Source of the DNA: Sandaracinaceae bacterium
GTDB taxonomy: Bacteria; Myxococcota_A; Polyangia; Polyangiales; Sandaracinaceae
Assembly: GCA_044220955.1 (NCBI GenBank)
Contig: JBGAQA010000016.1
Location: 1-64,000, forward strand
Length of the DNA stretch: 64,000 bases
Direction of reading: 5' to 3'
The position numbers were made by a program, and so were the translations under genes. Shown here in pieces: positions 30,189-38,647 of this stretch; positions within the stretch are counted from its first letter, which is position 1; every line of letters starts with the position of its first letter. Below the pieces are notes generated by a model, which had not been told where the DNA came from, did no database searches, and was given only the letters and a program-made list of their open reading frames with translations.

Positions 30189-30398
30189 GTGGCGCCGAGC
30201 CTCCAGTTCGTCGGTGGGTTCCTCGGCGCCGAGAAGACGACGCCCCTGCGCGCGGCGGCGCGGGTGCTCGCCGCACGGGGGGAGCGCGTCGCGCTCATCA
30301 CCCAGCCCCAGCGTCTCGTGCCGACGCATCGCCTCGGGCTGCGCGTGCTGCGCGACGACGCGAGCTGCGCTCCGATCGAGCGCCGCGCGCGCGCCTGA
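30189..30398 (+). pseudogene. Truncated CobW/G3E-family GTPase remnant
   Basis: VGGFLGAEKTT...RVALIT resembles GFLGAGKTT, with a P-loop G>E change; ends after ~69 codons. Confidence 0.55.
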
Positions 30399-30410
30399 GC
30401 GGGCGGACGC

Positions 30411-30899
30411 TCAGGGCGCGTCACCGCTCGCGGTCTCGCCCCCGCTCGTCTCCTGGCACTCGTACTCGAGGTGCCGCTCGCGCCGCATCCGGACGGTCCG
30501 GCTCCGCGCCCCGCGCTCCGCGTCGTACAGCTGCACGTCGCCGTCGAGCGACATCGTGACGCCGCTCTCGCCGTAGGCAGGCTGTCCCTCGACCCAGCTC
30601 GTGTGGTCGCCGCTCTGCACGGCCCGCGTCTGCGCCGTGCGGTCCTCGACCGAGCGCTCGTGCGTCTCCTCCTCCTCGACCTCGACCTCGCCCTCGAAGA
30701 CCACGCGATAGGCGCCCTCGCCGCAGTGCGCGCGCATCTGCCGCTCCGCGTCGGTACGGGCCTGGCCGCCGTCGCCCTCGAGGGCGAGCAGCCCGCCGTC
30801 GTCGTCGTGGACGATCTGCCGCGCCGAGCCGCCACAGGCCGTGGCGAGCAGCGTTGCGAAGAGCGCGACGAGCGTGCGAGCTTGGCGCTCGCGATGCAG
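30411..30899 (-). CDS. Putative lipoprotein (start uncertain)
   Basis: LVALFATLLATAC lipobox-like, GC3-rich frame, Cys pair (HCG...YEC). Confidence 0.55.
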   Translation of the reverse strand: MHRERQARTLVALFATLLATACGGSARQIVHDDDGGLLALEGDGGQARTDAERQMRAHCGEGAYRVVFEGEVEVEEEETHERSVEDRTAQTRAVQSGDHTSWVEGQPAYGESGVTMSLDGDVQLYDAERGARSRTVRMRRERHLEYECQETSGGETASGDAP

Positions 30900-31292
30900 C
30901 CGCGACGCTTTCCCGTCCAGATCTACTACGAAGATACCGACCATTCGGGGGTCGTCTACCACGCCAACTACCTGAAGTACTTCGAGCGTGCGCGCGAGCA
31001 CGTCCTGGGGGTCGACGAGCTGGTCCGGATCTACCGGCAGGACGGCATCGGCTTCGTCGTCTACAAGTGCGAGCTGACCTACAAGGAGGGCGCCGTCTTC
31101 GGCGACACCATCGAGATCCGCAGCACCGCGACCAAGGAGAGCGAGTACCGCGTCGTCTTCAAGCAGGACGTGTATCGCGGTGAGAAGCTGCTGGTGCAGG
31201 GCGTCGTCCACATGGTCTGCGTCGACGCCCAGAAGAAGCTCGTGCCCCTGCCCGCGAGCGTGATGGCGAGCCTCGAGCGCGAGCCGGCCTGA
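30894..31292 (+). CDS. YbgC/FadM-family acyl-CoA thioesterase
   Basis: IYYEDTDHSGVVYHANYLKYFERAR. Confidence 0.92.
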   Translation: MQPRRFPVQIYYEDTDHSGVVYHANYLKYFERAREHVLGVDELVRIYRQDGIGFVVYKCELTYKEGAVFGDTIEIRSTATKESEYRVVFKQDVYRGEKLLVQGVVHMVCVDAQKKLVPLPASVMASLEREPA

Positions 31293-31438
31293 GGGCTCGT
31301 TCGGCCTCATCAAGAGGCGCGGCCGACCGCGCTCTCGATCGCGGCGACGCCCACGCCGGCTGGCGTCCGCCCCGGTGATATCGTCATGCCCGCGATCGGC
31401 GATGTCGCCGGCCCGCACGCGATCGACGTGAAAGCGCC

Positions 31439-31894
31439 TCACTCTCGGGTCGAGGCCCTCGTGTACCCCCGCGCGGCGGCGAACCACGCGTGGATCGCGC
31501 GCGCCTCTTCTCGGGTGATCGGCGGGTGGCCGCTTCCCTCGGGGGGCATGAGCACCCGCGCGCGGCCGATGCGGAGCTCGCCGTCGCGCTCGATCCACGC
31601 GAGCAGGCTGCTCAGGCCGCTGTCGGCGATGCCGACGCCGTAGCTGTCCATCAGGCGCTCGACGTCGGCCTGCGTGTCGAAGTACGCGCCATGCTCGGTC
31701 GCGGCCGGGTCGCCGTCCGTGTGCGTGTGGCAGCCGCTCGCGCACGAGCGGTCGAAGATCGCGAGCACCTCGGGTGTCGTCAGCGCGACCGCTCCGCCCG
31801 TCGTCGAAGTCGTGGTCGACTCGTGCGTCCCGGCGGCGCTGCCGCCTCCACAGGACGCCAGGAGCAGAGCGACCAGGACGGTGTCGGCTTTCAC
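31439..31894 (-). CDS. Lipoprotein c-type cytochrome (CX3CH)
   Basis: Lipobox LASC, CASGCH, MPP axial-Met motif, ...IHAW; GTGA overlap. Confidence 0.65.
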   Translation of the reverse strand: MKADTVLVALLLASCGGGSAAGTHESTTTSTTGGAVALTTPEVLAIFDRSCASGCHTHTDGDPAATEHGAYFDTQADVERLMDSYGVGIADSGLSSLLAWIERDGELRIGRARVLMPPEGSGHPPITREEARAIHAWFAAARGYTRASTRE

Positions 31895-33216
31895 AGCGAG
31901 ATTCCCCAGCCGAGCGAGATCAGGTTCACGTAGAGGCCGTTCGTCCGCTCGTAGTGATAGTAGCTGGCCTCGAGGTAGCTCGAGCGCGCCGTGAGCGCGC
32001 CGGTGTGGTCGTAGTACCAGCGCAGCACGCCGCCGATCTCGTGCGCGTCGAGCGCCGCGAGGTCCGAGTCGGCCGTCCGCGGGCGAGCGAGGTCGTAGCC
32101 CGCGGGCAAGAGCGAGGTCCAGAAGCGCGCCGCGTTCTGGGTGTGGAAGCGGTAGCTGAGCCGGAGCGAGAGCGCTTCGCCGAGATACTGGGTCACGCTC
32201 GCCTCGGGCGAGTGCGCGAGCACGCCGAAGTCGTCCGCGTAGAACCGGTACTGCGCCGTGACGAACGTCCGCGAGTCGGGGATGGCCTGGGCGAGCCGCC
32301 CGACGAACGCGTGCCGCATGCGCGTGTGCGGGAAGAGGTCGCCGACGCGGTCTCCGGCCTCGATCGGGACGGAGTTCCAAGGCGTCTGCAAGAGGCCAGC
32401 CTGTCCGGTGAGCCCGTACGACGCGCTGACGATCGTCGTCGGCGAGAGCAGCTGGGAGAGCGACACGTTCACGGTGCCCGTGAAGCGCGTCGTCATGCCG
32501 GGGTCGTAGCCCGTGAAGAAGACCTGATCGACGAAGTCGACGATGCCGTCGAACGACACGCCGAGCACCGCGTTGTCGTCCGCGAGATCGCGCGACACCG
32601 CGTAGCCGAGCGTGGCCGAGCGCAGCGGCTCCTCGATGTGCCCGCCCCAGTGCAGCGTGTAGCGGCTGTCCGCGTCGGCCTCGTAGGTCGAGTAGATGTC
32701 GAGGCTCACCGCCTCGCTCTCGCGCGAGGCCGACGAGACCACGTCGAGCGCGTCCGTCGAGGCGGCCGTGATCACGTCGACGGGGATGAACACGTCGTGG
32801 TGGATCTGCCGGTCCTGCCGGATCCGCCCGTAGAGGATCGGCTGGAAGATCCACGTCGCCTCGCTGCCCGGGCGGTGGCGATCCATCGGTCCCGCCTGCG
32901 ACTGGAAGCCGCCCGGCGCGCCGTCCTGCTGGAACACGCCGAAGCGCGTCGCGAAGCGCTGCAGGGCCCAGCCCTCGTCGACGATGGGATCGTCGGCGAT
33001 CGTCTGCCCCGCCGCGTCGACGCGATCCCCGTCGAGGTCGGTGTCCGTCGTGACCCGCACCGTGTCCTGCCCCACGGCGCTCGGCGCCGTGAGCACGACG
33101 AGCAGCGCGCTCGCCGCGGCCCGGAGTGCCCGGCGAAGGCAGGCCGACGCGATCGTGTCGCGTCCGCGCGGCGGACGCCTCCGGCGGATCAGCCGATGGA
33201 GCGGGCCCGAGCGCAT
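31891..33216 (-). CDS. DUF3570-like outer-membrane beta-barrel protein
   Basis: VDVITAAS...DVVSSAS, SQLLSPTT, YRFYADDFGV, YRFHTQ, TADSDL; follows the DUF4266-like gene. Confidence 0.7.
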   Translation of the reverse strand: MRSGPLHRLIRRRRPPRGRDTIASACLRRALRAAASALLVVLTAPSAVGQDTVRVTTDTDLDGDRVDAAGQTIADDPIVDEGWALQRFATRFGVFQQDGAPGGFQSQAGPMDRHRPGSEATWIFQPILYGRIRQDRQIHHDVFIPVDVITAASTDALDVVSSASRESEAVSLDIYSTYEADADSRYTLHWGGHIEEPLRSATLGYAVSRDLADDNAVLGVSFDGIVDFVDQVFFTGYDPGMTTRFTGTVNVSLSQLLSPTTIVSASYGLTGQAGLLQTPWNSVPIEAGDRVGDLFPHTRMRHAFVGRLAQAIPDSRTFVTAQYRFYADDFGVLAHSPEASVTQYLGEALSLRLSYRFHTQNAARFWTSLLPAGYDLARPRTADSDLAALDAHEIGGVLRWYYDHTGALTARSSYLEASYYHYERTNGLYVNLISLGWGISL

Positions 33217-33220
33217 CGCG

Positions 33221-33445
33221 TCACTGCCCGCAGGCGCAGCCTCCGCCGGCCGAGAGCCCGTCGCCGCCCGAGGCCGCCTCCCGTGTGCCGTGGAGCTTGC
33301 GGAGCGAGCGCTGTGCGAGCGCGTCGCCGGAGGTGTCCATCGCTGGATCGGCGACCCACTCGCGCGCGTAGCGGGGCACGACGACGCAGGAAGGAAGGGA
33401 CGGGACGATGAAGGCGAGCCCGAGAACGACGCAGACGGTCCGCAT
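33221..33445 (-). CDS. DUF4266-like small lipoprotein
   Basis: LPSC, ADPAM, REAASGG...GGGCACG C-terminus. Confidence 0.75.
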   Translation of the reverse strand: MRTVCVVLGLAFIVPSLPSCVVVPRYAREWVADPAMDTSGDALAQRSLRKLHGTREAASGGDGLSAGGGCACGQ

Positions 33446-33517
33446 GGCGCGGCGAGAGTGCGCGGCGGACGGTCGATCCGCAACGCGGCCCGTGAGCCAT
33501 GAGCTATATGACGCTAC

Positions 33518-34282
33518 GTGACCGAGCTCGTCCTGGTCCGGCACGCCGAGACCGTCTGGAACGCCGAGGAGCGCTGGCAGGGCCAGACCGACGTGCCGCT
33601 CTCCGAGCGTGGGCGCGGCGAGGTCCGCACGGTGGCCGAGCGCCTCGGGGCCGAGCGCTTCGACCGCGTGATCACCTCCGACCTCGCGCGGGCGCGCGAC
33701 ACCGCCGCCGGGATCGCGCCGGCGGCGTCCATCGAGCTCGATCCGGCGCTACGCGAGATGCACCTCGGCGGCTGGTGCGGCCTTCTGCACCGCGAGGTGC
33801 AGGAACGCTTTCCGGACGAGCTGCGCGCGCTGCAGCGCGGAGAGGATCGCCGCATCGGCGGCGACGGGGAGACGGTCGTGGAGCTCGCGGCGCGCGTCAC
33901 GGAGGCGATCGCCCGGATCGCGCGCGAGAGCGCCGGCTGCCGCGTGCTCGTCGTCACGCACGGCGGCGTGATCCGCGCGCTCGTGCTCGACCTGCTGGCG
34001 ATCTCCGGCCGCGCGCGCCCGCTCTTCGGGTCGCGCAACACGGCCATCACGCGCCTCGAGATCTCGGGCGGGGGCAGGCTGCTCCGCTCGTACAACGACG
34101 CGCGGCACCTCCCGCACCCGAGCCTCGAAGGCGAGACGTCGATCGTCGGGCCGCGTGCGAAGGGCGAGGTGGTGGCGTTGCTCGGGGTCGCGGATCCGAG
34201 CGTGCTCAGCGCGCCCGCGGAGGGGGCGACGAGCAGCGTCGTCCCGGGCAAGCGGCAGCTCGTCTCGTACGCGCTCGAGTGA
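33518..34282 (+). CDS. Histidine phosphatase family protein
   Basis: LVRHAETVWN, SDLARA, LREMHLG, VTHGGVI. Confidence 0.9.
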   Translation: MTELVLVRHAETVWNAEERWQGQTDVPLSERGRGEVRTVAERLGAERFDRVITSDLARARDTAAGIAPAASIELDPALREMHLGGWCGLLHREVQERFPDELRALQRGEDRRIGGDGETVVELAARVTEAIARIARESAGCRVLVVTHGGVIRALVLDLLAISGRARPLFGSRNTAITRLEISGGGRLLRSYNDARHLPHPSLEGETSIVGPRAKGEVVALLGVADPSVLSAPAEGATSSVVPGKRQLVSYALE

Positions 34283-34287
34283 AGGCC

Positions 34288-35103
34288 TCAGGCGAGCAGC
34301 GCCGGCAGGACGTCGGTGCAGTCCGCCTCGAGGCGAAGCGTGGCCAGCGGGTCGGCGCGGCACTCCCCGAGGTTCACGATCGCGATCGGCACGCCTCGAT
34401 CGACCGCGCGGCGCGCGAAGCGGTGCCCGGAGAAGACGGCGAGCGACGAGCCCACGACGAGGAGCACCTCGGCCTCGTCGAACGCGGCCATCGCCGCGTC
34501 GAGCGTGGCGCGCGGCACGCCCTCGCCGAAGAAGACGACGTTGGGCTTGAGCGTACCGCCGCAGGCGGTGCAGGCGGGCGCGTGGAACCCGATGATCGCC
34601 TCGTCGGGCAGGTCCACGTCTCCGTCCGGCGCGAGGGCGAGCGCGTCGGGGGCGAAGCCGGGGTTCTCCGCCAGGATGCGGCGCTGCACGTCGTGCCGGC
34701 TCTCGATGCGCCCGCAGGCGAGGCAGCGCGTCTCCTCGAGCGCGCCGTGCAGCTCGACGACCCGTCGGCTCCCCGCGCGGTGGTGCAGGCGGTCGACGTT
34801 CTGCGTCAGGATCGCGCTCACCGCGCCGCGGTCCTCGAGCGTCGCCAGCGCGCGATGCGCGGCGTTGGGCTCCGCGCGCGAGAAGCGCGTCCAGCCGACC
34901 GCGCTGCGGGCCCAGTAGCGCGCGCGCTTGGCCTCGCTCGACACGTACTCGGCGAAGCGCACCGGCTGGCGCGCCCGGCGCCGTGTCTCGGGCCCACGGT
35001 AGTCCGGGATGCCGGAGCGCGTGCTGAGCCCCGCGCCGGTCAGCGCGACCACGCGGCGACCCGCCATCAGCGATCGCAGCTCGTCGATCGGCGCGCCCTG
35101 CAC
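34288..35103 (-). CDS. Sir2-family NAD-dependent deacylase (class II/SIRT4-like)
   Basis: TGAGLSTRSGIPDYRG, TQNVDRLH, ELHG, CxxC...APDGD...CxxC, LKPNVVFFGE, GSSL. Confidence 0.92.
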   Translation of the reverse strand: MQGAPIDELRSLMAGRRVVALTGAGLSTRSGIPDYRGPETRRRARQPVRFAEYVSSEAKRARYWARSAVGWTRFSRAEPNAAHRALATLEDRGAVSAILTQNVDRLHHRAGSRRVVELHGALEETRCLACGRIESRHDVQRRILAENPGFAPDALALAPDGDVDLPDEAIIGFHAPACTACGGTLKPNVVFFGEGVPRATLDAAMAAFDEAEVLLVVGSSLAVFSGHRFARRAVDRGVPIAIVNLGECRADPLATLRLEADCTDVLPALLA

Positions 35104-35163
35104 GCGGACCACGATGGCACCTCGGCGATCGTCCGTCGACGAGCCCCCGCCCTTCGCGAGAGG

Positions 35164-36822
35164 ATGATCGTCGTGCGCCGGGCTGCCCTCCTCTCGCTCG
35201 TGCTGCTCGCGTGCGCGAGCCCGGCGCCGCGTGGGCGCCCCGACCTGACCGACTGGCGGGACCGCGTCCTCTACGAGATCGTGACCGACCGCTTCGCCAA
35301 CGGCGACCCGGGCAACGACACCCTCGACGGCGTCGGGCCGATGCCCGGCGATCTCTCCCGCTGGCAGGGCGGCGACTGGCGCGGCATCTCCGAGCACCTC
35401 GACTACCTCGAGCGCCTCGGCGTCTCGGCGATCTGGATCTCGCCCATCGTTCGCAACGTCCCGCGCCTCGGCGTCGCGGACGGCTATCACGGCTACTGGG
35501 CGGCGACGTTCACCGAGCTCGAGCCGCGCTTCGGGACGCTCGAGGAGCTCCTCGATCTCGTCGCGCGCGCCCACGCGCGGGACATCGCGGTGATCGTCGA
35601 CGTCGTCCCGAACCACGCGGGGCGCGTCTTCGACTACGACCTCGACGGCGACGGCGTGGACGATCCCGAGGAGGCGCAGCCGCCCTACCTAGAAGCCGGC
35701 TACGACGTACCCCTGCTCTGGTCGTTCGCGCCGGAGATGTTCGCGCCGGACGGGGGCACACTCGCCCTCGGCCCGGAGCACTTCCATCGCCGCGGCGTGG
35801 GCATGCTCGGCGTCCCGGTGGAGCGCCGCTACGGCGACTTCCCCGATGGTCTCCGCGACCTCGACACCGAGAGCGAGACGGTGATCGCCGCGGAGATCGA
35901 GACGTACGCGCGCTGGGCCGAGCTCACCGGCGTCGACGGCTTCCGCATCGACGCCGTGCCGCACGTCGGGACGGCGTTCTGGCCGCGCTTCGCGGCGGGG
36001 ATCCGCGCCCGCACCCACGCGCTCGGCGCCGAGCACTTCTTCTTGCTCGGGGAGGTCTTCGATCAAGACGACGTGATCGCGAGCTACACGGCGGCCGAGG
36101 GCTCGATCGACGCGGCGTTCGACATCCCCTTCTGGGAGGACGTCGTGTCGGGCGTGGTGCTCGGCGGCGCGGCCCCGCAGAGCGCGGAGCCTTCGCTCTC
36201 GCTCGCGGCGGCGCAATTTCGCGCCAGCGGCCAGCCCGGCGGCATCGAGCTCTCGCCCTGGCAGGCGCGCGTGATGCTCGTCGACAGCCACGACCTGCGC
36301 CGGGTGCGCTCGGGCACCGACCCCTTCGCGGCCGACCAGGCGATCGTGCTGATGTTCACGGCCGGCGGGATCCCTTGCGTCTACTACGGCACCGAGGCCG
36401 AGCTCGAGGGCGGCGAGCCGCCGGCGTCGCGCGAGCGCCTCTGGGACACGGGCTTTCGCGAGGACACGCCCAGCTTCGGTCTCGTCCGCCGGCTCTCCGA
36501 TCTGCGGCGCGCGCACGCCGCGCTGCGGCGTGGGGACCTCGTGGTGCGTGCGCTCTCGACCGTGGGCGGGCTGGAGCTCGCGACGACGCAGGCGGACGCG
36601 GGCGCGCTCGTCTTCGAGCGCTCCCTCGGGACCGACCGCGTGCTGGTCGCGGCGTGCACGCACCCGACGCACGGCGCCGCGCTCAGCGTCCCGTCCGGAT
36701 TCGCGCCCCACACGCGCCTGGTCGACGCGCTGTCGGGCGAGGTCCGCGTCACGGTCCTCTCGGACGGCTCGGTGCCGCTCGCCATCCAGCCGCGCACCAC
36801 GCTGGTGCTCGTCCCGGAGTGA
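35164..36822 (+). CDS. GH13 alpha-amylase-family lipoprotein
   Basis: Lipobox LLAC, DRFANGD, YHGYW, DVVPNH, GFRIDAVPH, GEVF, DSHD. Confidence 0.9.
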   Translation: MIVVRRAALLSLVLLACASPAPRGRPDLTDWRDRVLYEIVTDRFANGDPGNDTLDGVGPMPGDLSRWQGGDWRGISEHLDYLERLGVSAIWISPIVRNVPRLGVADGYHGYWAATFTELEPRFGTLEELLDLVARAHARDIAVIVDVVPNHAGRVFDYDLDGDGVDDPEEAQPPYLEAGYDVPLLWSFAPEMFAPDGGTLALGPEHFHRRGVGMLGVPVERRYGDFPDGLRDLDTESETVIAAEIETYARWAELTGVDGFRIDAVPHVGTAFWPRFAAGIRARTHALGAEHFFLLGEVFDQDDVIASYTAAEGSIDAAFDIPFWEDVVSGVVLGGAAPQSAEPSLSLAAAQFRASGQPGGIELSPWQARVMLVDSHDLRRVRSGTDPFAADQAIVLMFTAGGIPCVYYGTEAELEGGEPPASRERLWDTGFREDTPSFGLVRRLSDLRRAHAALRRGDLVVRALSTVGGLELATTQADAGALVFERSLGTDRVLVAACTHPTHGAALSVPSGFAPHTRLVDALSGEVRVTVLSDGSVPLAIQPRTTLVLVPE

Positions 36823-36825
36823 GGC

Positions 36826-37506
36826 TCAAGGCCGCGGGGCGCGCCCCGCGGCGTCGAGGTCGAAGCGCCGCGTGAACACGGTCGCGAAGCAGAACGCGGC
36901 GACCTGCCAGAACCACACGCTCGTGAAGAGGAAGCCCACGCCGAGGCCGAGCAGGCCGACGAACGAGACGAGCATCGTGGGCAGCACGATCGACCACGCG
37001 TGCCAGTACGCGAGGCCCCCCTCGCGCACGCGGCGCAGCGCGCGGAAGGGATCGAAGATCTCCCGCGGGTCGAGCTCGCGGCAGTAGTGCGACATGTAGC
37101 CGGGGATCGCGATCACCGCGCACGCCCAGAGGACGAAGCCGGAGATGCCGATCGGCCAGCTGCGTAGATGGGCACCGAGCATGCCGAGCGCCACGCCGGG
37201 GGCGCCGTAGTACGCCATGCCGGCGAAGGTGATCGCACCGTGCTTCAGCAGATCCATCGGATCGGTCCAGGACGGCCAGGGTGACAGGCCGTGGTGCATG
37301 CGGTGCACGATCCGGATGCGGTGCCCCATGTTCATGAGCCAGCCGACGACGGGAACGGCGAGCCAGAGCCCGCCGCGGACGAGGTCGCCGCGCGCGGCGT
37401 CCGACTGGAGCGGGAAACGCCACGCGTCCCGCAGCGCGAGCGGTGTGCGCAGATCGACGAGCGACCGAGCGCCAGGCGCAGCCTCGTCGGCGGGCGCGTC
37501 GCTCAA
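36826..37506 (-). CDS. Membrane protein (DUF4013-like)
   Basis: About four TM helices, AWRFP...VPVVGWL; TTG overlaps the NUDIX stop. Confidence 0.55.
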   Translation of the reverse strand: MSDAPADEAAPGARSLVDLRTPLALRDAWRFPLQSDAARGDLVRGGLWLAVPVVGWLMNMGHRIRIVHRMHHGLSPWPSWTDPMDLLKHGAITFAGMAYYGAPGVALGMLGAHLRSWPIGISGFVLWACAVIAIPGYMSHYCRELDPREIFDPFRALRRVREGGLAYWHAWSIVLPTMLVSFVGLLGLGVGFLFTSVWFWQVAAFCFATVFTRRFDLDAAGRAPRP

Positions 37507-37928
37507 CGCTCGGTCTCGAGCGCGCGCTCGGCGAGCTGGCGCACGTTCTTCGGCGCGGCGTCCCAGGGCCCGTCGTCGAGGGTGGCCCACACGTGCGCGG
37601 TGAACTCCTCGTTGGGAGTGACCGCGTCGGTCTCGACGTCGACGACGAACACGAAGTTCATGTGCAAGCCCTTGCTGCCCGCGGGGTGCTCCTCGTAGCC
37701 GATCAGCCCGAGCGGCGCGCCCTCGACGTCGCTCGTCGTCGGGAACGTGCCCGAGAGGCCCGTCTCTTCGCGGAGCTCGCGGACGGCCGCCTCGAGCGGT
37801 GTCTCCCCCGGCTCGATCTCCCCGCCCGGCGGCAGCCACTTGTTCAGGCGCGCGTGCTGGATCAAGAGGACGCGGCCGCCGTGCCGCGGGAACACGCCCA
37901 CCGAGAAGGTCTTGCGTACGTCGCTCAC
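37503..37928 (-). CDS. NUDIX hydrolase
   Basis: GGEIEPGETPLEAAVRELREETGL Nudix box. Confidence 0.92.
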   Translation of the reverse strand: MSDVRKTFSVGVFPRHGGRVLLIQHARLNKWLPPGGEIEPGETPLEAAVRELREETGLSGTFPTTSDVEGAPLGLIGYEEHPAGSKGLHMNFVFVVDVETDAVTPNEEFTAHVWATLDDGPWDAAPKNVRQLAERALETER

Positions 37929-37982
37929 CTGCCGAACGTACCAGGCTGCGAGCCCCGCCGGTTCTGTGCTACGCGTCCACCC

Positions 37983-38588
37983 ATGACGAAGCTCGAGGGC
38001 GACGACAAGGACGGGAAGGACAAGGACGGCGGGCCGCGCCTGCAGGAGCGGCTGCTCGAGGCACGCACGATCCTCGTCGCCGACGAGGTCTCGGACGAGC
38101 TCTACCGCAAGGTCGCCGTCTCGCTGATCCTCCTCGAGCGCCTCGATCCGAAGGCGCCGATCACGGTCTTCGTGAACTCGCCGGGCGGCTCGGCCGACTC
38201 GGGGTTCGCGATCTACGACCTGCTCCGCTTCTCGCCCTGTCCGGTGCGCACGGTCGCGAACGGGGTCGTCGCTTCGGCAGCCGTGCTCATCTATCTCGGC
38301 GCCGAGAAGGGGCAGCGCCACAGCCTCCCGAACGCGCGCTTCCTGCTCCACCAGCCGTCGACGATGGTCCGCGGCCAGTCGAGCGACATCGACATCGCCG
38401 CGCGCGAGATCGTGAAGCTGCGCCGCCGCTACAACGAGATCGTCGCCGAGTCGACCGGCAAGGACATCGCGCTCGTCGAGAAGGACAGCGACCGGGACTT
38501 CTGGCTGGTTCCGGCGGAAGCCAAGGAGTACGGCCTCGTCGATCGCGTCGTGAAGACCCGCGCCGAGCTCGACGCGAAGTCGAAGTAG
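37983..38588 (+). CDS. clpP: ATP-dependent Clp protease proteolytic subunit
   Basis: VNSPGG, VASAA (Ser), LLHQP (His), DRDFWL (Asp), EYGLVD. Confidence 0.93.
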   Translation: MTKLEGDDKDGKDKDGGPRLQERLLEARTILVADEVSDELYRKVAVSLILLERLDPKAPITVFVNSPGGSADSGFAIYDLLRFSPCPVRTVANGVVASAAVLIYLGAEKGQRHSLPNARFLLHQPSTMVRGQSSDIDIAAREIVKLRRRYNEIVAESTGKDIALVEKDSDRDFWLVPAEAKEYGLVDRVVKTRAELDAKSK

Positions 38589-38599
38589 CGACGCAGGAG

Positions 38600-38647
38600 C
38601 CCTCTTCCCGCGTGCGGAGAGCGCGGGGAGGGGGGTTGGGTCAGGGG
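38600..38647. repeat. REP-like palindromic element between convergent genes
   Basis: Imperfect CCCTCTTCCCGCG...CGCGGGGAGGGGG stem; its reverse complement resembles the element at 60428. Confidence 0.45.

Noticed and set aside
33499..36822. 1107-aa fusion ORF ending in the amylase
   Set aside because: The upstream part overlaps the phosphatase and sirtuin genes; the real gene starts at ATG 35164 with a lipoprotein signal
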